Shown here: positions 56,928-64,000 of the stretch, piece after piece
How positions within the stretch are numbered: the first letter of the stretch is position 1
Layout of the letters: the number at the start of each line of letters is the position of its first letter
From: Chthoniobacterales bacterium
GTDB taxonomy: Bacteria > Verrucomicrobiota > Verrucomicrobiia > Chthoniobacterales > UBA6821
Direction of reading: 5' to 3'
Length of the DNA stretch: 64,000 nucleotides
Assembly: GCA_026461395.1 (NCBI GenBank)
Contig: JAPJNA010000049.1
Coordinates: 3,516 to 67,515, forward strand
The notes under the pieces: generated by a model
What the model was told of the DNA's origin: nothing
Seen by the model: the letters and a program-made list of their open reading frames with translations, nothing else
Database searches by the model: none
Program-made: the position numbers and the translations under genes

Positions 56928-57985
56928 AGCCCGTTACCCTCCAGAGGATAGAGCTTGCGGTACTCGATGGCTTGCAGGCCAATAATCGCGGCAACGGCGG
57001 CGATGTCCTCGCTTAAGGTCCCGCGCGAGAGTTCCGCAGCAGGTCGGGAGAGACCGGTCACGATCTGACCGTAGACCTTGGCTCCGGAGAGATACTGAAT
57101 CAGCTTGGCGGCGATGTTGCCGGAATTCAGGTCGGGGAAAATCAGGACATTGGCTTTTCCGGCCACCATGCTGTCGGGAAGTTTGATCTGAGCCACAGCC
57201 GGCACAATCGCCGTGTCACCCTGCAACTCCCCGTCGATTTCCATCGGATAATCCAGCCCGGCGGCTCCTCCTACCCGCACGGCGAGCTCCTTGGCCAGCA
57301 CGGCGGCGGCGGACATCTTGGTCGCCGAGGCGTGGGCCGAGCTGCCGTGCGTGGAAAAGCTGAGAAAAGCGATGCGTGGAGTTTTTCCAAAGACCTGACG
57401 TGCAAGAAGACCCGTCTGCACACCGATCGAGGCAAGCTGTTCCACCGTCGGCTCGGGCACCACACCGCAGTCGGCGAAGAAGAGTACCCCCTCATCCCCG
57501 AACTCGCGGCGGGGCACCTCGACGATCATCGCGCCAGAGACAACCGGCGCGTGGGGCAGGGGCTTGATGAGTTGCAACAGCGGGCGGAAGAGCGAGGCAG
57601 AGTATGATCCCACACCTCCAACCAGGCCATCCACCAGCCCATGCTGAAGCATCATGCAGGCGAAGTAGTTCGGGGTGATCAGCAGATTGCGCAGATCCCC
57701 CTCGGCTATCCCCTTGTACCGCTCCAGCACCGCCGCCATCTTCAGGAAACGCGTCATCTCGGAGGAACTCTCCGGATCCACGATGGCAACCTTCTCCAGC
57801 GAGATTTGATGGGCGGCCGCTAACTGCTGGATCTCATCGCGCTTGCCGATGAGGACCGCCACACCCAGACCATGATCATTGAACATACGTGCCGCCCGAA
57901 TCACCCGCAAATCGGTTCCGTCCGGGAAGACGATTCTCTTCGGATGACGGCGAAGTTTTGCGTAAACGGATTGGAGAAACGACAT
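56924..57985 (-). CDS. pta: Phosphate acetyltransferase (short form)
   Basis: RIVFP, FADC, AFLSFST, DGELQ.D, FPDLNSGNI, LSRG; start ATG 57985. Confidence 0.88.
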   Translation of the reverse strand: MSFLQSVYAKLRRHPKRIVFPDGTDLRVIRAARMFNDHGLGVAVLIGKRDEIQQLAAAHQISLEKVAIVDPESSSEMTRFLKMAAVLERYKGIAEGDLRNLLITPNYFACMMLQHGLVDGLVGGVGSYSASLFRPLLQLIKPLPHAPVVSGAMIVEVPRREFGDEGVLFFADCGVVPEPTVEQLASIGVQTGLLARQVFGKTPRIAFLSFSTHGSSAHASATKMSAAAVLAKELAVRVGGAAGLDYPMEIDGELQGDTAIVPAVAQIKLPDSMVAGKANVLIFPDLNSGNIAAKLIQYLSGAKVYGQIVTGLSRPAAELSRGTLSEDIAAVAAIIGLQAIEYRKLYPLEGNGL

Positions 57986-58073
57986 GTACCGTAAGGTTGG
58001 AAAAGATCCGCCTGATAGACAAGACTGTTCCCTGCCGTAATGCCCCGTCCCCCACGCCCGAGTACCTTTCATC

Positions 58074-58108
58074 TTTCACTTTGCACTTTGCATCTTTTAC
58101 AATCTCAA
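58074..58108 (+). repeat. Heptamer array just before the lysA start
   Basis: tttcact ttgcact ttgcatc ttttaca atctcaa g ATG. Confidence 0.65.
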
Positions 58109-58109
58109 G

Positions 58110-59435
58110 ATGCATTCTTTTCGATATGTTGACGGCTCGCTGAAGTGCGAGGGGGTTGATCTGGAGACTTTAGCCGCCGAGGTGGGCACGCCCGCCTATG
58201 TCTATTCCGCCGAGACGATCCGAGGCAACTATCGTCGACTTGATGAGGCGCTGGCTCCGCTGGGAGACCGGATGATCTGCTATGCGATGAAGGCAAACGG
58301 AAATCTTTCCGTGCTGAATCTGCTCGCCAAGGAAGGGGCTGGATTTGACATCGTCTCGGGTGGTGAGCTCTTCAAGGTTCTGAAGGCTGGAGGTCGTGCG
58401 GATCGCTGCACTTTTGCGGGTGTCGGCAAGACGGCCGCTGAGATCGATTACGCTCTACGTCAGGGGATCTACAGCTTCAATGTCGAGTCAGAGGAGGAGT
58501 TGGAAATGATCAATGAGGTTGCGGGCCGGGCAGGTCTGGTGGCTCCGATCGCGATCCGTGTGAATCCCGATGTCGACGCACCGACGCACAAGTATATCTC
58601 GACGGGCAAGAGCAAGAACAAGTTCGGTATCGGCCTCGACCGCGCGGCCGCCGTCTATGAGCGAGCTGCCTCACTTCCTAATCTGAAGATACGTGGTCTC
58701 CAGACCCATATAGGATCCCAAATCCTGAAAGCCCCTCCCTTCGCAGAGGCTGTAAGGAAGCTCACTCCGCTGGTTATGGAACTCAAGTCCAAGTACGGGC
58801 TTGAGTTTTTTAGCGTCGGTGGAGGGGTCGGCATTGTCTATCGCGGAGCCCTCTCCAGCGGTGACGCTGCCTGGTGGAAGGGAAGTGCAGAGGGAAGTGA
58901 TGACATCAACTCGGAAAAGGAGGGAGAGCGTCTAGCCCCCGAGACCTATGCAGCCGAGGTGATCGAACCGCTGAAAGCGCTCGGTCTTCGGATCCTCTTC
59001 GAGCCGGGCCGCTTCATTGTCGGCAATGCCGGAGTCCTGCTCTCGACCGTGCTCTACAGGAAGTCCACTCCGACCAAAAACTTTGTGATCGTCGACGCTG
59101 GCATGAATGACCTCATCCGTCCTGCCCTTTACGAGGGATACCACGAGATTGAGCCGTTAAAGCAATGCTCCTCAACCGTATTGGAAAAAGTCGACGTGGT
59201 AGGGCCCGTCTGCGAGAGCGGAGATTTCTTCGCTCAGGATCGAGAGGTTCCGGTGCTGGCACCAGGCGACCGCATTGCCCTGATGAGCTCCGGCGCCTAC
59301 GGCTTTGTCATGGCCTCAACCTACAATGCTCGCCCCCTCCTCCCCGAGGTCCTAGTGGAGGGAGAGAAGGCGACGGTCGTGCGCACTCGCCAGACCTGGA
59401 ACGATCTGATCGTGGGTGAGCGGCTTCCTACTTAA
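58110..59435 (+). CDS. lysA: Diaminopimelate decarboxylase
   Basis: YAMKAN, RVNPDV, HIGSQ, EPGR, GPVCESGD, GAYG. Confidence 0.96.
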   Translation: MHSFRYVDGSLKCEGVDLETLAAEVGTPAYVYSAETIRGNYRRLDEALAPLGDRMICYAMKANGNLSVLNLLAKEGAGFDIVSGGELFKVLKAGGRADRCTFAGVGKTAAEIDYALRQGIYSFNVESEEELEMINEVAGRAGLVAPIAIRVNPDVDAPTHKYISTGKSKNKFGIGLDRAAAVYERAASLPNLKIRGLQTHIGSQILKAPPFAEAVRKLTPLVMELKSKYGLEFFSVGGGVGIVYRGALSSGDAAWWKGSAEGSDDINSEKEGERLAPETYAAEVIEPLKALGLRILFEPGRFIVGNAGVLLSTVLYRKSTPTKNFVIVDAGMNDLIRPALYEGYHEIEPLKQCSSTVLEKVDVVGPVCESGDFFAQDREVPVLAPGDRIALMSSGAYGFVMASTYNARPLLPEVLVEGEKATVVRTRQTWNDLIVGERLPT

Positions 59436-59443
59436 TCAGCGGA

Positions 59444-60523
59444 TCAGTGTACCGGAGCTGGGGCAATGAGGGCTCCCTGCGCTGAGGAATTCGTAGGCGT
59501 CGGCGTGGCGGCTAAGTTCGTAGCGGTCGGGACACCTATAACCGGCGTCGGCAGATTGGTCAGTAGTCCCCGCGCCGTTGTGATCCAGTCCTTCATCGAG
59601 GGATTCTGAGGATAGTTACCAACCAGCACCATGACTTCACCAAGGGCTCGGTTGGGTTGGCCAATGGCTGCGGTGTCCTTGGCCTTGCTGAAAAGGAGGT
59701 ATGGGAGTCGGATCTGGTTGAATGCATCGGCCTGCTGCTTGGAATTGCTCTCGGTGGCGGTCGCCGTTTCCATGGCTATTTGCATATCCCATGTCTGGAT
59801 GATTCGGGGATCTTTCATTGCCTTGAGGGATCTCCGAATGTTCTTTCCCATGATGGACTGGTAATTTCCAGCAGATGGCGCGAAATCCTTGTCCGGGAGT
59901 AAGTCGGAAATTTGAAACCACTCCACCACACTCGATTTGTCTACCGGTTGGTTGATTAGAGCAAGCGCCTCAGGGTAGGGTTTGTCGGTCGAAGTGGTTT
60001 TGATAGGTGTTTTCTGATTCTGTATTTGGGAAGATGTAGACGCACCTGCCGACCGCAGGGACTTCTGCGATGCCAAGGCCTCCAGGTAGGCGAGGCATTC
60101 CGGAATCTGGGCAAAGGCATCATGCTTCTCATCGCGCTGAAGGGCCATAGAGAGATAACGCATCTGGAGTTGGGCGGCATTCTGGAAGGAGAGGCTGTGG
60201 AGCAGTTCCTGGTTTTTGCGGCTCCAGTCCACATAGTCCTGATGGCTCTCTAGGTATTTTGTGTTCTCAAGCGACCTGAGGTATAAATCTACGGCGACAG
60301 ACCCGGAATTGGCCGCTGCCTGAATTTGGGAGATCGCGGCCCTACGGCGATTGTTTTCATTCGCCTTGGCCCCTTGGTCGATTTTGTCCAACTCCTTGAG
60401 AATCGCAGTGGCGTTTTGTGGAACAGGTAAATCCTGGGCTATTGTAACCGTCACCCAGAGGAGGGACACGATGGTCGCAAGAAAGAAGGTGGCGTGAGGG
60501 GTCTTGTTGGGGGCTAAATTCAC
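59444..60523 (-). CDS. Hypothetical exported protein
   Basis: Clean 359-aa ORF with signal-like N-terminus and Pro/Thr-rich tail; no recognised motif. Confidence 0.7.
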   Translation of the reverse strand: MNLAPNKTPHATFFLATIVSLLWVTVTIAQDLPVPQNATAILKELDKIDQGAKANENNRRRAAISQIQAAANSGSVAVDLYLRSLENTKYLESHQDYVDWSRKNQELLHSLSFQNAAQLQMRYLSMALQRDEKHDAFAQIPECLAYLEALASQKSLRSAGASTSSQIQNQKTPIKTTSTDKPYPEALALINQPVDKSSVVEWFQISDLLPDKDFAPSAGNYQSIMGKNIRRSLKAMKDPRIIQTWDMQIAMETATATESNSKQQADAFNQIRLPYLLFSKAKDTAAIGQPNRALGEVMVLVGNYPQNPSMKDWITTARGLLTNLPTPVIGVPTATNLAATPTPTNSSAQGALIAPAPVH

Positions 60524-60538
60524 GGGTTGAATTCAAAA

Positions 60539-61510
60539 TCAGCCCTGTCCGGCTGTCAATGGTGAAGCGTGCAGGGGGTGGATTGTGATTTCGGGAGGGC
60601 AATGGAAGCGTGCGGCAACGCCTGCTGAACCTGTCCCCCGCGAGGTGTACCCGATCATCTTCCCCTCCCTCCAGGAGCCCGAAAGATGTTCCCTTCGGCA
60701 ACCAGGGGCATTCCGGTAGAGGGGAATGCCTCCCGGAGCGCAGATCTGACCTCCGTGAGTGTGGCCGCTTAACTGAAGATCATAGCCCAGCGAGCCTGCC
60801 TCCCGGTAGGTCTCCGGCGAGTGGGAGAGCAGGATGCTGATTTCGTTGACTGGCACTCCGGAACGCGCCTGTACCAAATCATGGGTCAGGAAGAAGTGGG
60901 GATCATCAATTCCGCAAATCCAGATCCGTGAGCCTTCCCTCTCAATAAAAGCGGATTCGTTCAGCAGGAAAGTAAGTCCCGTCGCCTCGAGTGGTTCCAC
61001 TTTTTCTAAAAAGTCATGATTTCCAAGAACGGCGAAGCGGAGCGGATGGAGATAGGGGATAAGGCTGATCATGGCATTTACCGAGTGCTCGAAAGTTTCC
61101 GAGACCTTGTTGTGGTAATCACCCGTCAGGACCACGGCGTCGTGAGGGATAGTGAGCATCACTTCACGGATCCGTGTCATCATGTTTGCATCGAGATCAC
61201 AGTGCAGATCGGCCAACTGCAAGAGGCGGAACCCTTCGAAGGCGGCGGGCAGTGACGGCAGGATCACCTGGTGCTGCTCGATCCTGAGATCCATGATATT
61301 GCGGAACCCCCTTTCCTTCATCCCGCAAAGCGAAATGATTCCGCCGATGCAGGCATTCACGGAAAAAAAGCGCTCCAGGGCAAAGAGACCAAGCCCTTGG
61401 GAGACTTTTCGCTGCTTGAGCTTTTCCTGGAGCCGAAGCCTCCGGCCCGTCTTTTCCTCGCCCAAACGTTGTCGGATCGACTCGGGAATTGATTGGGCCG
61501 TGAGAGTCAT
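60539..61510 (-). CDS. Metallophosphoesterase (YkuE-like)
   Basis: DLH, TGDY, GNHD, SHSP, GHTHGGQ. Confidence 0.9.
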   Translation of the reverse strand: MTLTAQSIPESIRQRLGEEKTGRRLRLQEKLKQRKVSQGLGLFALERFFSVNACIGGIISLCGMKERGFRNIMDLRIEQHQVILPSLPAAFEGFRLLQLADLHCDLDANMMTRIREVMLTIPHDAVVLTGDYHNKVSETFEHSVNAMISLIPYLHPLRFAVLGNHDFLEKVEPLEATGLTFLLNESAFIEREGSRIWICGIDDPHFFLTHDLVQARSGVPVNEISILLSHSPETYREAGSLGYDLQLSGHTHGGQICAPGGIPLYRNAPGCRREHLSGSWREGKMIGYTSRGTGSAGVAARFHCPPEITIHPLHASPLTAGQG

Positions 61511-61553
61511 CAGGAAGACTCACTATGACATCACTGCTCTTGGAATGGCGTTC

Positions 61554-61622
61554 AAAAAAGAGCAGCCCGGTCGGAGTTTTCCGAGCCCCCCGAGACCTCG
61601 AAAGCTTTTACGACCGGGCTGC
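61554..61622. other. Long hairpin with minus-strand U-tract in a divergent spacer
   Basis: gcagcccggtcg (61562-61573) / cgaccgggctgc (61611-61622), with further inner pairing. Confidence 0.55.
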
Positions 61623-61644
61623 AACCACAAACCAACTCCAATAA

Positions 61645-63923
<2,279 letters not shown>

Positions 63924-63948
63924 TTCTCTTTCCGCATTCTCTTTAGCC

Positions 63949-64000
63949 ATGATCACCCCTTCCACTTCCGAGCTCTACCGGGATTATGTGATGCCGACCT
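63949..64000 (+). CDS. argD: N-terminus of a probable acetylornithine aminotransferase, cut by the window edge
   Basis: MITPSTSELYRDYVMPT resembles the Y.M.TY start of ArgD; only 17 codons visible. Confidence 0.5.
   Translation, partial: MITPSTSELYRDYVMPT

Noticed and set aside
61554-61622. SRP (4.5S) RNA as explanation of the long hairpin
   Set aside because: Lacks the conserved helix-8 motif (cagg..GNRA..gcag) on either strand.

Overview
Bacterial chromosomal window, about 60 real genes. The mix of fused lpxC-fabZ, futalosine-pathway mqnD, hprK/ptsH after lptCAB, long-form ispG and few Shine-Dalgarno-like leaders points to Verrucomicrobiota; this is inference, no database search was run. 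Housekeeping blocks: lpxC-fabZ/lpxA, rseP-ispG, rpmI-rplT-pheST plus a probable 6S RNA, kdsA-lptCAB-hprK-ptsH, queFCE, pta-mpl, lysA, ligA and the start of argD. Accessory blocks: (1) a SAM-I riboswitch controlling a threonine-synthase paralogue, a sulfur carrier and a NIL protein; (2) after tRNA-Arg(ACG), a green-type DTE proteorhodopsin with a full retinal pathway (crtE-crtI-crtB-crtY-blh), a SOUL protein, ogt and a MacAB-TolC set; (3) an AraC-linked locus with a single 762-aa polypeptide fusing a membrane di-iron desaturase/oxygenase, a Rieske ferredoxin and an NqrF-like FAD/NADH reductase, followed by a shattered galM remnant; (4) an L-rhamnose uptake/isomerase module with a second isomerase. 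Intergenic DNA holds many degenerate 7-mer arrays and several strongly structured segments. No CRISPR array, integrase or transposase was seen. Start codons were adjusted by eye where the supplied ORF was over-extended.
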